Positions 14,269-28,365 of a stretch of DNA of 64,000 bases are shown piece after piece. Both the position numbers and the translations under genes were made by a program. This stretch comes from Octopus vulgaris (Eukaryota). The stretch spans positions 17,298,001-17,362,000 of the forward strand of contig OX597815.1 in the NCBI GenBank assembly GCA_951406725.2. Reading direction: 5' to 3'. A model generated the notes under the pieces. That model had not been told where the DNA came from, made no database searches, and worked only from the letters and a program-made list of their open reading frames with translations. Positions within the stretch are counted from its first letter, which is position 1, and each line of letters starts with the position of its first letter.

Positions 14269-14622
14269 TTGAGGCACATGGCCTGGGGGTTAGAGCAACG
14301 GACTCGCGGTCGAGGGATCGCGGGTTAGAATCTCAGACTGGGTGATGTGTGTGTTTATGAGCGAAAGAAACTAAGCTCCACGCAGCTCCATGTTTTGTTC
14401 GTTCCTTAAATTTAGTTGGAAAATATCCTGCTAGATTTTGTCAAGAAACAATTTGCGAACTTCTACTGACACTTTCGCCACAAATTTCTCTCACTCTTTC
14501 CTCCTGCATCTTGCTGCTCACCTGCGACGGACCGGCGTCCCGTCCAGGTGGGGAACCTATATGCCAAGGAAACCGGGAAACCGGCCCTTATGAGCCAGGC
14601 ATGGCTCGAGAAGGAATAAACA
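14269..14622 (+). mobile_element. SINE family C variant with a foreign ~68-bp insert
   Basis: tRNA-like head GAGGCACATGGCC...GGACTCGCGGTCG; tail GGCATGGCTCGAGAAGGAATAAACAA. Confidence 0.8.
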
Positions 14623-15374
14623 AGGTCAAACTTTAACAATTGTACAACATGAAACAGTTTTCACTATGAGGAGTCCATAGCTTCATCACTATCATCAAAT
14701 GAAAGGCTTTTTTCAACTAAATTTACTTAATGTACTCGCTCCAAATTTGTATGCCAATAGTTTTGTTCAGCGTCCGTTGCTTTCACAAATTCATCTTTGT
14801 CTCTGTGCATCAGTACCAGCCTTACAATATCTTTATGCGAAGGTCTCTCTTCGCATCTGTATTACACGTTTCATACATTGTTTTATTTAGGTGCTAATAC
14901 CTTTTCTACCAAACTTTAAACATATCTAAGCCAAAACTTGTGAGAAAGAGAGCAAATTTCCATTGCATTCTGAAAAATGTCCCAAATCTAAACATTATAT
15001 CGTTTTAGGTATAAAGCTAGTTTAGGCATACCTCGTATTTATGTCAACTGAAATCTAGCTATTTCATCGAATTCTCATGGATCCAACTTGTATTAAAGAC
15101 CCGCTCGCACTACGCGGGGACGTTTTGCAACGAAAATGTATACAAGGAATTCACTATTTATTTTGCATATTGCTTGATTTTTTACTTATCTGCCAGTGTG
15201 GTTGGAATTATGTTAGTTCTCAGAGACTACAGCTTAGAACCCCACCACTACCACAACCACCTTAGATTCCACCCTTAATAAAATTCGAGAAAAGCTTCTA
15301 CTTCTGAAAGTTCCGGAAATGTACCACGTATTTGAAAAAGGCAATATTTAATGGAATGTGCTTTATAAACAAAT

Positions 15375-15762
15375 GGGGGAAGCACTCCGTCGGTAACGAC
15401 GATGAGGGTTCCGGTTGATCCGAATCAACGGAACAGCCTGCTCGTGAAATTAACGTGTAAGTGGCTGAGCATTCCACAGACACGTGCACCCTTAACGTAG
15501 TTCTCAGAGATATTCAGCGTGACGCAGAGAGTGACAAGGCCGGCCCTTTGAAATACAGGTACAACAGAAACAGGAAGTAAGAGTGAGAGAAAGTTGTGGT
15601 GAAAGAGTACAGCAGGAATCACCACCATCCCCTGCCGGAGCCTCGTGGAGCTTTTTAGGTGTTTTCGCTCAATAAACACTCATAACGCCCGGTCTGGGAA
15701 TCGAAACCGCGATCCTACGACCGCGAGTCCGCTGCCCTAACCACTGGGTCATTGCGCCTCCA
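15375..15762 (-). mobile_element. SINE family C, full length with 14-bp TSD
   Basis: TSD CTTTATAAACAAAT at 15361-15374 and 15763-15776. Confidence 0.9.
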
Positions 15763-16497
15763 CTTTATAAACAAATAACTTGTAATAGTCAATAGTTCCG
15801 GTATTCTAGAAACCTATATCTTCCTTAACAATCAATCCTCTTTTTCTGTTGACGTCAACAAATATGATAGCAGTACCCCAAGTAAGAACTTACTTTCTGG
15901 TGAACTTGAATGGGTTTCATCTTAAATCAAATGTAAAAACAAGATTCAGATGCTGGAAAAATTATTCAAATTCACAAATATTTTACCATTGTTACTTAAG
16001 CATCTCTCAATACACATCCCTAATATAATGTAAATTTATGCGCTTTAACTCGAAAATATGGCTGTATTAATTTAAACTTGTAATTTACGCCATGGATTGT
16101 TCGTACACATCTTTAATAATCTCAGTTTGATTTAATGGTCGTGATTAGTATTGAGGTTTCTATAATATATTAATAATTGTAATTTGTTCAACCAACTCTA
16201 TGAGTAAAAATATAATTAAATTCAATTACTGTATGACAACATTAATGTATTGAAACAGAGAAATAGAATGGTAATTTGCATCTGAAAATAAAATAAGTTT
16301 GCACAGTTTATGTTACCATCAATCTGATTATTACGATATTCCGAATTTAAAGTGTATCACAGTAACAGTTAGGGAATATGATTGTAAAAGTTGAAGGGAG
16401 GAAGAATACGTGCCGATTCAATGAAGAAGAATTGGTAGCGGGGCCCTAGATGCTCGTGGCCTGCAGTACATGCTGCAAGATCTCTGGGTAATGATCC

Positions 16498-16544
16498 CTA
16501 CACAGACCACTGATACACAGACCGCTGATACACAGACCGCTGAC
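16498..16544 (+). repeat. 15-bp tandem repeat x3
   Basis: TACACAGACC(A/G)CTGA repeated three times. Confidence 0.75.
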
Positions 16545-17984
16545 GAGGCTAACTAACGAATTCTACAAGTTCTACCATTCATTGACCATTAATGATCTTT
16601 ACCATTTCTAGTTGCCACAGACCTCTGGTGGAGCAGCCGTAATGACCTCTCCCGCTTCTGCTATGTGTTTGCCCTTTGCCGACGCTAAAATGATTTTTAC
16701 TAGATTCAGAACTCGCCGATAGAGCTGATGTAATGATTTCTACTAGTGACACCATTCACTGGCAAATGGTGCTAAGATACTTTACTAGTTCAGACATCCA
16801 TCGACTGATAGCCTGATATAGTAATCTATAATATAAATTTGACATGGGCGATCATTGTATTCTTTCTTGTCTTGAGGTTCACAGCCAAATGGCTTGGTGA
16901 TTTCGCGTGAAAAATGGCACACATATGGAGACGGGTGCATAGATTGGATTGCGGTTTGTATTTATTCCTAGCCCCCATACTTACCGAGAAAATCGATTAA
17001 AACCTTTTCAAATGGAATTCCCCTGTTGGTTCCGCCATTAAAACAACTAGTTACTCACACAACCAGCATACACCATTTTGCCAGCAACAAGGGGATTACA
17101 GGATGACAATGAGCCAAAACTTTCGCTATGCTGCCTCTCTTCTTTCACCTCTTTGCGGGGTTAATAATCTTAATCTTTAGTTACAGTTTCTCATTCAAAC
17201 TACATAATAAGCAGAATTGTCGGATTAAGACAATAGGGAGATTTGGCTGCTATTTCTACCAGGTCTAGCTATCATGTAGAGGTCTGAACTTAATTTTCGT
17301 TCACATATTTGCATTTCAAAAATTTAACAATCTTTTCCATAAATCAACTATCCTAAACACATGAACACTGGCTTAGCTGCTAGTCTCTTCTATAATGTTA
17401 AGGATGAGCAAAGTTCTCAAAGCAGGAATTCTGCAACAATGATACGAGGAAATTATGAAAACTTCGTTGACGTTGCGGTTTGTGTTCTTATTGCTCTTGC
17501 TACTGCTTGTACTATTAATAATGATGACGACGATGGCGACAACAAAGAGGTGATGATGTTAACTGACAAGCGTATGCCATTGTTCTGAGGACTTTTACAA
17601 TATTTACACAAGTGGTAATCTTTAAAACAGCATTTCCTTTTGTTCTCTTAGGTGAGGGTTTTAAACAAATGATTGCCTGATGGCAATGAAATTGCATTTG
17701 TAAAACAAACAAATCTGACGATAAGCTGCATCTTACGTAGCAATGTTATAAATCTTATCAACATAACACGTGATCTAAGAACACGTGAAAACTACAAGTA
17801 ATTTCCATTAATGACAATTGTGAGCTATATTTTATGGAATTGATTCATTAACATATCAGTGTTTAACATTTTTAATTGCATTCAGTTCCATTTTAGGAAA
17901 TGTTGCGAAGGCTGGCTATGAGATCGACAGAAATTGTTTCAAGATGGAGAATAAGTACATGAAGTTTGTCCGTTTGTACCCCAC

Positions 17985-18180
17985 CCCCACACTGCTTGGC
18001 AACTGGTGTTGGTGCGCTTACGTCTCCGTACATTAGCGGTTTAGCAAAAGAGACCGATAGAATAGGTACAAGGTTTTTAAAAAATGAGCGCTGGGATCAA
18101 TTATTTCGACTACAATTCAAGGCCGTACTCCAGAATGTCCGAAACCTAATGACTGAAACATGTACAAGGATAAAAGAATG
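17985..18180 (+). mobile_element. Diverged 3' half of SINE family B
   Basis: GCAAAAGAGACCGATAGAATAGGTAC...ATGACTGAAACA matches the family B tail. Confidence 0.65.
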
Positions 18181-20042
18181 TCAAAGACGAGGGGCAGATC
18201 GAATGATTTAATGGAATACATATATTTTGTTTAAATGATTTGTTATTGTTAAGGCGATGAGTTTATAGTGAATCATTCATTCGTACGACAAAACGATCAG
18301 CAACATTTCTTCCGAACATTCTGAGTTCAAATTCCGCCGATCAACTTTACCGTCCGTGCTGTTGGAGTCGATAAATTACGTATCAGCTGAACGTAATTGC
18401 TAACCTTGTTCCAAAATTGGAAAGAATTGGTGTCATTAATGAAGAAATAGATTGGCAGGATCGGTAGAAATACAGACGTAATATTTTGTTGACTTAGGGA
18501 CATTTTAGGTTTTGAACGGAAATTCCACCGAGTTTCACTTTTATATTCCCTTTTTGTCAGATCGATAAAAACCAAGTGTCCACCAACTTCTGGTTTATTG
18601 TAATTGATTACATTTACTATAAAGTATATGAAGCACAGCGACAATTTTAGAAATGATTATTACATGATATTATTGGATAATTTATGATAATTGGAGATTA
18701 CAAATTGAAGGTGACATGGAATGCAGTGCTTCCTATAAACCTATGCACTTGACCCGATTGAATAATATTTCTGATCTGTTGTGCTTCCGAAGACTGATAA
18801 AGATACAGCTCATAATATTCCTCGCACCATGAGGCCGACGAATAACCGCTGGTGACATCCTTCACAAGTACTAGAAGTTATAGAATATCCGAGGGAACTA
18901 CAAAAATGATTTTCTGTTGCCTTCTTCCCGTTTCTTCTGTTTTTTTTTTTCCTTGGCAAGACGCTTTCTTTTCAGCAAGATACAAATGAAGTTTGTAATA
19001 TTTGCATGCGAACTCATAATGCAAAGAAACGGAACAAATACCACAGATTTTGTCCGACGCTCAAATAATCTCACCAATCGACAGTCATGTCTTGGTACTT
19101 TGTCTTTCTCTTCGAGGTCGATAAAATAAAGTTGCTCTCGCTAAGATTTGGTCTCCGTACGTAAATATCCGATACAAATATTTAAAAATATTTTGTCCAA
19201 AGTTTTACGATCCTGCTAATAGGTCGCAATAAAATAATATTTTGGTGAGGACTTAATCGATAATTCTCGGGTCCCAAATTTTGTTCTACTTCCTTTAGGA
19301 TTCATTATTTGTTGTTAATGTCTCACATTGGTTCCTGGTTAAGACACAGACCAAATATGTAACAGTATTTAGTTTCCTTTATGTTCCAAGGTCAAATCCT
19401 CTTCAAACTTGACTTGCAGTTCATCCTTTTGGAGTTGATAAAATAAAGTATTAGTAAAGTACTATATGTTAAGTTATTTGACTTGCCACCATGAAAATGC
19501 GTGGCTTTGTACCCATTAAATGGCTTTATTATTGTTAACGGTCTAGAAAAACCCGCACATACACACACGCACACACATACATAAACTTAGATGTAATCAT
19601 ACAAGTATGCGTGCGCATACATGCACATATACCACTCGTATGGCTTGCAACCTCCTCTTATTATCAGAGTAATTTTCTCATTTAGAAATATTTCCGCCTA
19701 GCTAGATGTCTAATGGGATAGACATTATTATAAATGATAAAGAGTTTATAGTGATACGATAATAACATTATTGTCAGGTGATGTAGACATTGTTGAGATT
19801 ATATTAAAATGAAAATGCAGTAAAAGTAATATTAAGATATAAAAGTATAAGATCTTATAGCAAAAAAATACGATACAACGAAAGTATATTATTTTGGAGT
19901 AAGATGTATGTGCTCTAATGAAAAGTATTTTTTAAATGTAGAAGTATGCTATAGAAAACAATGCTGACTTACTAAAAAATATTTAGTCCAGTGATATTAG
20001 AGTGGAAAAAAATGATACTGTAGTCTTTAGTATATCAGATGT

Positions 20043-20349
20043 CACGTGATCACATGACCGACCAGACCATCAGATGTTGCTACACATCGCTGGTTACGAT
20101 GCATTCGCATTGTTTTAGCCTTCGAATGACGCCACCCCGCTGGCTAAGCGAGCTGGCCAACAGAAGAAAGTGTGAGAGAAACAGTGGTGAAAGAGTACAG
20201 CAGGGATCGCCACCACCCCCTGCCAGTGCCTTGTGGAGCTTTTAGGTGTTTTCGCTCAATAGACACACACAACGCCCGGTCTGGGAATCGAAACCGCGAT
20301 CCTACGACCGCGAGCCCTCTGCCCTAACCACTGGGCCATTGCACCTCCA
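20043..20349 (-). mobile_element. SINE family C with 12-bp TSD
   Basis: TSD TATATCAGATGT at 20031-20042 and 20350-20361. Confidence 0.9.
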
Positions 20350-20399
20350 TATATCAGATGTACGTATTGTTAGTAAAGATTTCGGCTTGATCACCAACT

Positions 20400-21050
20400 C
20401 TCCGACGATCAATGTTCTGAGCTTACGCATTGGACATCCCCGGTCGTTACCATCAACGAGTGCGAAGTAGTCTGTAAGTTCACATACCATGGCTGAAACA
20501 TCACAGACAGCCTTTTCACAGTCAGAAATCAAAAGACAAATAGGAAGAGCAACCTCAGTTTTTGCCATGATGAATAGCAAACGGTGTGAAGAGCAAGCTG
20601 CGGTATATAATATATTACAGACTTCAGAGTCTGCTGTCCTCAGCATTCTGTTATTTGGCAGCGAGACCTTGAACCTCTACTCCAGATCAGAGTGAAGTTT
20701 CAACATCTTATATCCTAGACGTTAAGTTAACTGATTGATTCTCTGACCTTGTCTAGCACTTTTTTCATTTTTTTATTCTGCTCCAGTAACGACGCCCCGA
20801 CTCATCCACGCAAACTACATTTCAAGTGGGAAGATGCCCAAAGATCTGTTATGCAAGTATCAAGTCTTCCGAAAGAGAAGACATGGGTGATTCAAACTCT
20901 GTTTTAAAGACGTCTATCAGAAAAATATGCCACATCGTAATGTGGGTAAAACGCTGGGAGTAGAACTAAGTCGAGTCTCAGAAGAAGAAAGCCGGTGCAT
21001 GGGCTTCTTGCAGTAGAAAAGCACAGAGGAATAAAAACACCTTTGGGAAA
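20400..21050 (+). pseudogene. Decayed RTE-clade LINE RT/thumb fragment
   Basis: KFTYHG...SEIKRQIGRATSVF...VLSILLFGSET...MPKDLL resemble RTE motifs (FxYLGS, EIxxRIxxA, LLYGxETW, RxPKxLL); frameshifted. Confidence 0.7.
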
Positions 21051-21108
21051 CGAACGCTGTATCCTGAACTACTCCAGTACTGACTTTATAGTTAGAGCAG
21101 CAGCAGCA

Positions 21109-21432
21109 GTGGAGTCGCAATGGCCCAGTGGTTAGGGCAGCGGACTCGCGGTCGGAGGATCTCGGTTTCGATTCCCAGACCGGGCCTTGTGTGTGTTTAT
21201 TGAGCGAAAACACCTAAAACTCCACGAGGCTCCGGTTACAACTTTCTCTCACTCTTTCTTCCTGTTTCTTGTCGCCGACTTCCTACGCAACCGCTGAGCC
21301 TGGATGCGCATTCATCCATCTGTCGATGCTTTCGGTGTCGGGGGGTTGACCTGCTTTCTCTTCTGCGGGTCTTACGAATAGCAAAGGACCACGTTTCGGA
21401 CTTCTCTCAGGCGTTCAACAAACAAACAAAAG
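21109..21432 (+). mobile_element. SINE family C with a distinct tail ending (CAAA)n
   Basis: Head GGAGTCGCAATGGCCCAGTGG; flanked by AGCAG(C/T)AGCAGCAGT duplication. Confidence 0.85.
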
Positions 21433-21892
21433 CAGTAGCAGCAGTTGTTCTGATGACACAGATTGCACTTTTCATACAAAAATCCATGGTCTCAATAGCC
21501 AAATGGATTACACAGCAGTAGCTTATTACGATATTGTAAAAGTATATGATACAGTAAAAGCTATTTGATATCATCAAAAAATTACATTATATTATATGAT
21601 TAGAATTATTAACGTGTATGATATATATGAAAAAATAAATATAAAACAGTGTGTTATCATATAAAGATTAAAAGGAAAAAAAAGTAAATGCTATTTTGGT
21701 ATAGGATGATTGTGAGATAATCATAATAAAAAAATAATAATGATGAAAATTTAATATTTAATAAGAATATGATAAAAGGTTTTTTTTTTCAAGAAATTAG
21801 GGAATCTTCAAGTTGACATTTTCCTTGAAATTTACTTATGACAAACTGAGCGAACGAACAAGACAACTGGATGCTATATATATACATATATA

Positions 21893-21971
<79 letters not shown>

Positions 21972-22437
21972 TATACGATATAAACCGGAGAAAAAAGGGC
22001 GGAGTAAATAGGAAGAACTTTGCCTCCCCTTCCCTGCTGTTAAATATGTAAATACCGAAACGTTGCTGTCAATCAAGAACTGAAAACTGTTCAGACATTT
22101 TTTTTCAGATCCAACAAATATTTTCTTTCGCTAACACACGCAGCCACATACACACGGACGTGATTCGCACACAGTCAAACACGCGTGCGCTCTCTCGGTC
22201 ACACGCTTGTATGCACACACAGATACACTCGTACAGTCGCCCACCTCTAGGCTCCTCCTCACACTCACACTTTTCTATATCACAGCCTCTATTGTATTTT
22301 ACTTGTCAAGCTTCTATTGAACAGATTTTTTTCCCTCTCTCCTTGTGGATCATCATTTCGACCATTATCACAATCATCATCACAACAATTATCGCCACCA
22401 CCAAGCAATAATTAGTTTTAGCATTGATATAGCAAAA

Positions 22438-22640
22438 AGGCGGCGAGCTGACAGAATCGTTACTGCGCCAGGAAAATTGCTTAGCGGCATTTCGTCCGTC
22501 TTTACGTTCTTAGGTCGACTTTACCTTTCGTTCTTTCGGGGTCAATAAAATAATAACATCGTCCACAGTTGAGCACTGTGGCCGATGTAATCGACTTACC
22601 CTCTCCCCCAAAATTGCTGGCCTTGTGTCAACATTTGAAA
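22438..22640 (+). mobile_element. SINE family A monomer, short tail
   Basis: GGCGGCGAGCTGACAGAA head and central domain. Confidence 0.75.
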
Positions 22641-22859
22641 TCAAATTAATATCACAGAGACGATGGACATTTGCATTATCTCCAACGTTTATTACCTCCT
22701 AACTGTCGTGGTTTGACATATTTTTGACCTGCTAAAATCGGAGAATCTATCTTTTCACTTCTTGTGGAAGGGACGTGTTGTATTGGTCAGAATACATTCT
22801 GCATGGAGGGATCAATATAATGTAGGCCATAGGACACAGTTGCGCTAAGGTTGCAGCAT

Positions 22860-23084
22860 ACTCTTTACTCTTTTACTTGTTTCAGTTATTTGACTGTGGC
22901 CATGCAGGAGCACCGCCTTTCGTCGAGAAAATCGACCCCAGGACTTATTCTTTGGAAGCCTAGTACTTATTCTATTGGTCTCTTTGACCGAACCACTAAG
23001 TTACGGGAACGTAAACATACCAGCATCGGTTGTCGATCGATGTTTGGGGGACAAACACAGACACACAAACATATACACACACAC

Positions 23085-23141
<57 letters not shown>

Positions 23142-23310
23142 TACGAAGGGCTTCTTTCAGTTTCCGTCTACCAAATCCACTCACAAGGCTTTGTTCGGCC
23201 CGAGGCTATAGTAGAAGACCCTTGCCCAATGTGCCACGCAGTGGTAATGAACCCGGAACCATGTGGTTGGTAAGCACAGCCACTCCTCCTTACCACACAA
23301 CCACTCCTGC
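22860..23310 (-). mobile_element. SINE family B
   Basis: Reverse complement of 10452-10860, including the internal microsatellites. Confidence 0.85.
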
Positions 23311-23591
23311 ACCTATGTATAGATGTATTAGGCATTTGAGGGGTACATATCTTTCTCCTGTTTGTCTCTTGTTGATTACAATCTCGATTCTTTGCGAAAA
23401 GCAAGACTGAACAAAGAAAAAAAACAACTATAGAACGTCTCATGTTTCTCTCCTGTTAGATATTGTCACCCGAGAACGATATAATGTTATAACTTCCCTG
23501 TAATATTGCGTTTAAGAAAGATATAGTGTCATATCTCACTCTGGTATTGCCCTCGAAAATAACATAATGTTATATCTATCCTATTATTAAC

Positions 23592-23826
23592 TGTTTCTTT
23601 ATTACCCACAAGGAGCTAAACATAGAGGAGACAGACAAGGACAGGACAAACGCATTAAGTCGATTACGTCGACCCCAGTGCGTAACTGGTACTTAATTTA
23701 TCGACCCCGAAAGGATGAAAGGCAAAGTCGACCTCGGCGGAATTTGAACTCAGAACGTAACGTCAGACGAAATACTGATACCGCATTTCGCCCGGCGTGC
23801 TAACGGTTCTGCCAGCTCGCCGCCTT
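23592..23826 (-). mobile_element. SINE family A monomer with 13-bp TSD
   Basis: TSD TCCTATTATTAAC at 23579-23591 and 23830-23842. Confidence 0.9.
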
Positions 23827-23907
23827 CTTTCCTATTATTAACAGTAAGGACAATATAGTAGCATTTCTTCCAATAGTTTCATTCTTATTTCGAAATTTCT
23901 AGCTCTA

Positions 23908-23950
<43 letters not shown>

Positions 23951-26452
23951 CACACACAAGCATTCCCTTTCTCTCTCTCGCTCATATTATCCAAAAAACA
24001 AAATTTCAAGTTCAATACTTCTCTATTTCGGGGTCATATCCAGTTGAATATATTTATATTTATAATCCAAAGTATTTATAGAATCTATAACGTAATATTG
24101 GAATAATGCCAAAGAACTGTAGCATCTCGGTACAGGACGATTATAATTCTTACATGATATCTATGTTAACATCCAGTGGGATGAAAAGCAGATTCGAAAC
24201 TAGCAAGATTCTAACATACACAGTAAAGAGATGTAACTAAATACTGTCACCCTATCCTCTTTGCCATTCCCTCGACTCCCGAAGAAGGGTCTCTACCCGT
24301 ACCAATAATTTTGGCATATGGCCATAAAATGATATACTTGGTTGAATCGATCCTAGACGTTTGCCTGGTATCTACATTATCAATCTCTCGGTGATATCAG
24401 ACGGTGTCCCTTAACACCCCGTCGGGAATTGAGGGATCAAACAGCATTAGGCAAGCATACTTAAAATAATAAACAGGCGTCATTTTATACTGAATAGCAT
24501 TTAACCCGATATGCTTCTTTCCGCCACTTTACCAACGTCGAAGTATCTATAGATTTCGTACGAGTAAAGCATATAAATTTCGTACGAATAAATTCAGTTA
24601 ATACACAAAGAAGAATGACTTGCGTCTAGGCAACATAAATAATTATCATAAATTATTGAAGTATTCGTCTTAATTTGTTTTCTCTATGGATATAACAACA
24701 TATTTTTCAACTGACACTATGATTGATGAATTACTATTGAGTATCTGACTGTCGCTTCACATTTTTGCTGTTGATCAAACTTCACAACATATCCTCAATA
24801 GAATTATAGATTTCTTTGGAAATTATTTCATTGTTAACAGTCATGTGTTCTACAGTTTGGTGACATACAAGTCGTAGCTGTCAGAAAGAATCCACATCAA
24901 TGTTTGACACTCGGCATTCATTACATAAACCAAATAAAGGTAATATGATGTCAAGTGATGGAAAAGTTAAGGAATACAATATATATGTAACAAATTCTCT
25001 CAATAGTTCGGAACTTACCAAAAATTGTTTAAAGAATTTTCCTAACTTTTTTTTTTTATATTATTATCGGTAATTGATATCTGAGCTGAATTTTTATTTT
25101 ATTTATTTAAATTGAAAATCAGTAATCGATTTTCTTAAAACAGCCAATTTTCCGGCAAAATATGAAATTAATCTTTAAAGTAAAATATTCTAACAAAGAA
25201 TTTAAATGGAAATTGAATGTTACTAATAAAAGAGAAAAATAAAGCAAAGCAACAATGATTGATTGATCTTAAAATGATTTTGGATCAACACACTGAAAAA
25301 TTGCTTGATCTTCTGAACGGGAAGAAATCTTAATTTGATAAAAATGACAATAAAACCAGGCTCACTATTCTTGAAAATATTTTAAAACTCTTTTTACATT
25401 TATACGAAAAATATATCTGGAACATAATGCTTATTGAATAAAAATGTCATAGCTCTGTAATGGCGAAAATCTCCAGTCAAATCTCATTTTTACGAAAGAA
25501 AATAACAAATGTAATCATTGTGCAAAGAAATGTTGAGATATATCCATGACAAGGACAGCTGTTGTGGGACTATGATTAAACAGCAGACATGAACGTATTT
25601 ATATCTCAAGTGATTTACGAGTATTAGCCTCTACCAGAGTTCAATAATTGCTAAAGCTGCTTCAAGAGTGAAGAATGAAAGAGGGGAAAAATTAAAACAA
25701 TTTAACAAAACAAAGCAACTATAAAGTCAACAGAATACAGCAAAGTATGTTACTGATGCTGTCACTGTTGCTGAGCTCCAGATCAATTATTTGCTCAAAG
25801 ATATTACAATTTTTGGGTACAGTGTATGAAGAATCAAGACATTAAAAATGTGTCTCCTTTTAGTATAGTGAGGTATGATAGGGAGATTTTGGCAGCTATT
25901 TTTTGCAAGTCGAGTTTTACAATAACTTTGCTCACGGAATGGAGAAGATCAATCTAACGTTTCAGTCATTGTCCATTTTACTGAGTTCGAAGACTATATA
26001 AGACTGAAAATATATTTAACAACAAATTCATTTCCCTAAGAGAGTCCTTGATAGACTTTAGTATTTCTTTTTCTTTCCTTGGCAAAGTCAGCTTCATGAA
26101 CTTTACAGAACTGGTTCTTAACACCACAGACCACCAATAAAAAGCCTTGGCCTTCGTTGTTTTACTTTCTTAATTTACAAATAGAAAAAATAATTAGCCT
26201 TTCCTTTTTACTGTCTTTTTATCTCACCCTTTCTCATCATTGTCGCTCTTATTTTTCTCTCTTCAAGTCTTTTTTGTATCTTCTTTTTTTTTATACACAC
26301 AAACTTGGTTAAAGAAAACTCGTGTTAAAAATATGTTCACGATTATTGTATGACCTTTACTCCTACTTCACTCAACGAGAAGGGTGTTTGTGGCCTGAAT
26401 TCTGTATTCGTTAGAGTTAGTCCATTTCATTTGATGCACGAAGCTTATGTGA

Positions 26453-26453
<1 letters not shown>

Positions 26454-26542
<89 letters not shown>

Positions 26543-26878
26543 GCACACCGCTCTTTATTTTTGTTTAGGGAAGTCTTACCTTACTTAAAAACGCCGGGTG
26601 ATTTTGGCCAAAACATGGTTCTTGAGTTATAATATTGTATTCGTATGTATGTATGTATGTATGTATGTATGTATGTATGTATGTATGTATGTATGTATGT
26701 ATGTATGTATGTATGTATGTATGTATGTATGTATGCATGTATGCATGTATGTATGTATGTATGTATGTATGTATGTATGTATGTATGTATGTATGTATGT
26801 ATGTATGTACGCATGAATGCATGTATGTATGTATGTATGTATGTATGTATGTATGTATGTATGTATGTATGTATGTAT
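26454..26878. repeat. (CA)n (26454-26537) and (ATGT)n (~26643-26878) microsatellites
   Basis: Direct reading. Confidence 0.95.
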
Positions 26879-28055
26879 GATTTCTCTCCTATCCATACAT
26901 CATTAATATATTACTTCATTACTTCTTATGTAGGCTCTACTTATTAGGTGAGCCACGTTACAGAAAGCTGGGTTTTGCATTCGACTAAATTTTCTCAAAA
27001 GTTTCCTTAAACTACAGGAGAGTGAAATGTTTATTTCGATATATGAAAAAGACACTCCACTAAGAAAATATGAAATATTCATTATAGAGACAGAGAGGTT
27101 GAGATATAGAATGCCTTGTTGTTTAGCCGCAAAGTTTATTTGCGTGCTAACCTTGAATATTTACCAACTGTATGTGAACTTATTCAGAATTTATCCACTC
27201 ATATTTGCTAAGTATTATGTATAACACTTTCAGTGAAAGTTCATATTTACATGGATAAAAATCAGCACTGTTTTTGTATCAGTTTCAGCTGAAAGCTGTG
27301 GCCATACTTTAAGATGCCAGACGAACACTTGAGCAAATATCTTTCATCATAACATTGAGATAGTCAACAGTTTGTGATGTAAGATATTTCTGAGATTAAG
27401 CTTGTTATTATTGTGCGCGCACACACACAGGCTCAAGCATTTCTTCGTAGTTGCCCAGTTCTTTTGGGGCTTCTCTCTTGCCATTTCAACCAATCAACCC
27501 ATTTGGTGGTCTGGTTTGCTTTCCTCTGTGAGGAGCAGTAAGCCTCTATGCCTTCAGAGGATCTGTGAAGCCCAAGTATCTGATAATCTATCACATGGCT
27601 TGGGATTCTTGACTGAACGCCAGATTTAATTATTGGGAGCATTCTTCTTACATTACTGTTTCCTTTTAAACCTTGTAAATGGTCTAGTTCATGAAAATAC
27701 CTTTTCTTGTGGAAGTATTTCTATGCCCCTTTCATAATGATGTCCCTAATATAGACTGTAAACACTTCCTTTTTTTAAAAACTATTTGCCTTTAAATTTT
27801 AGGATCTACGTCTCCGAGGTGTATTTTGCAATGATAAAATAAGGCCATTGGACTAGCTAATAGATCATTGGCTAGATTAAAAGTTAACAATGAAAGTCTT
27901 CTCTGTCAGGATTTACTATCAATGAAGGGAATGAAAGTAAAATGGCGGAGAATATTCTATGGAAGTGTTTCCTAGAACCCAGTCGCTAATTACATTTAGA
28001 ATGGCCCATTCATATATATACATAAACACATCTCTATATAACTTTATATAATGAT

Positions 28056-28365
28056 GTGGAGGCGCAATTGCCCAGTGGTAATGGCAGAGGACTCGCGGTC
28101 GTAGGATCGCGGTTTTGATTCCCAGACCTGCCATTCTGAGTGTTTATTGAGCGAAAACACCTAAAACATCACGAGGCTCAGGCAGGGGATGGTGGCGATC
28201 CCTGATGTACTCTTTCGCCAAAATTTTCTCTCATTCTTTTTTCTGTTGGCCTGCTCGCTTAGCCAGCGGGGTGGCGTCATTTGAAGGCTAAAACAATACG
28301 AAGCGCATTTTGACCAGCGATGTGTAGCAACATCTGATAGCCTGGTCGGTAACGTGATCACGTGA
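28056..28365 (+). mobile_element. SINE family C, same tail type as 20043-20349
   Basis: Head GGAGGCGCAATTGCCCAGTGG; tail CAGCGATGTGTAGCAACATCTGAT...GATCACGTGA. Confidence 0.85.

Noticed and set aside
24700-25660. Possible hAT transposase relic
   Set aside because: Only a faint C-terminal resemblance; no TIR, TSD or convincing motif
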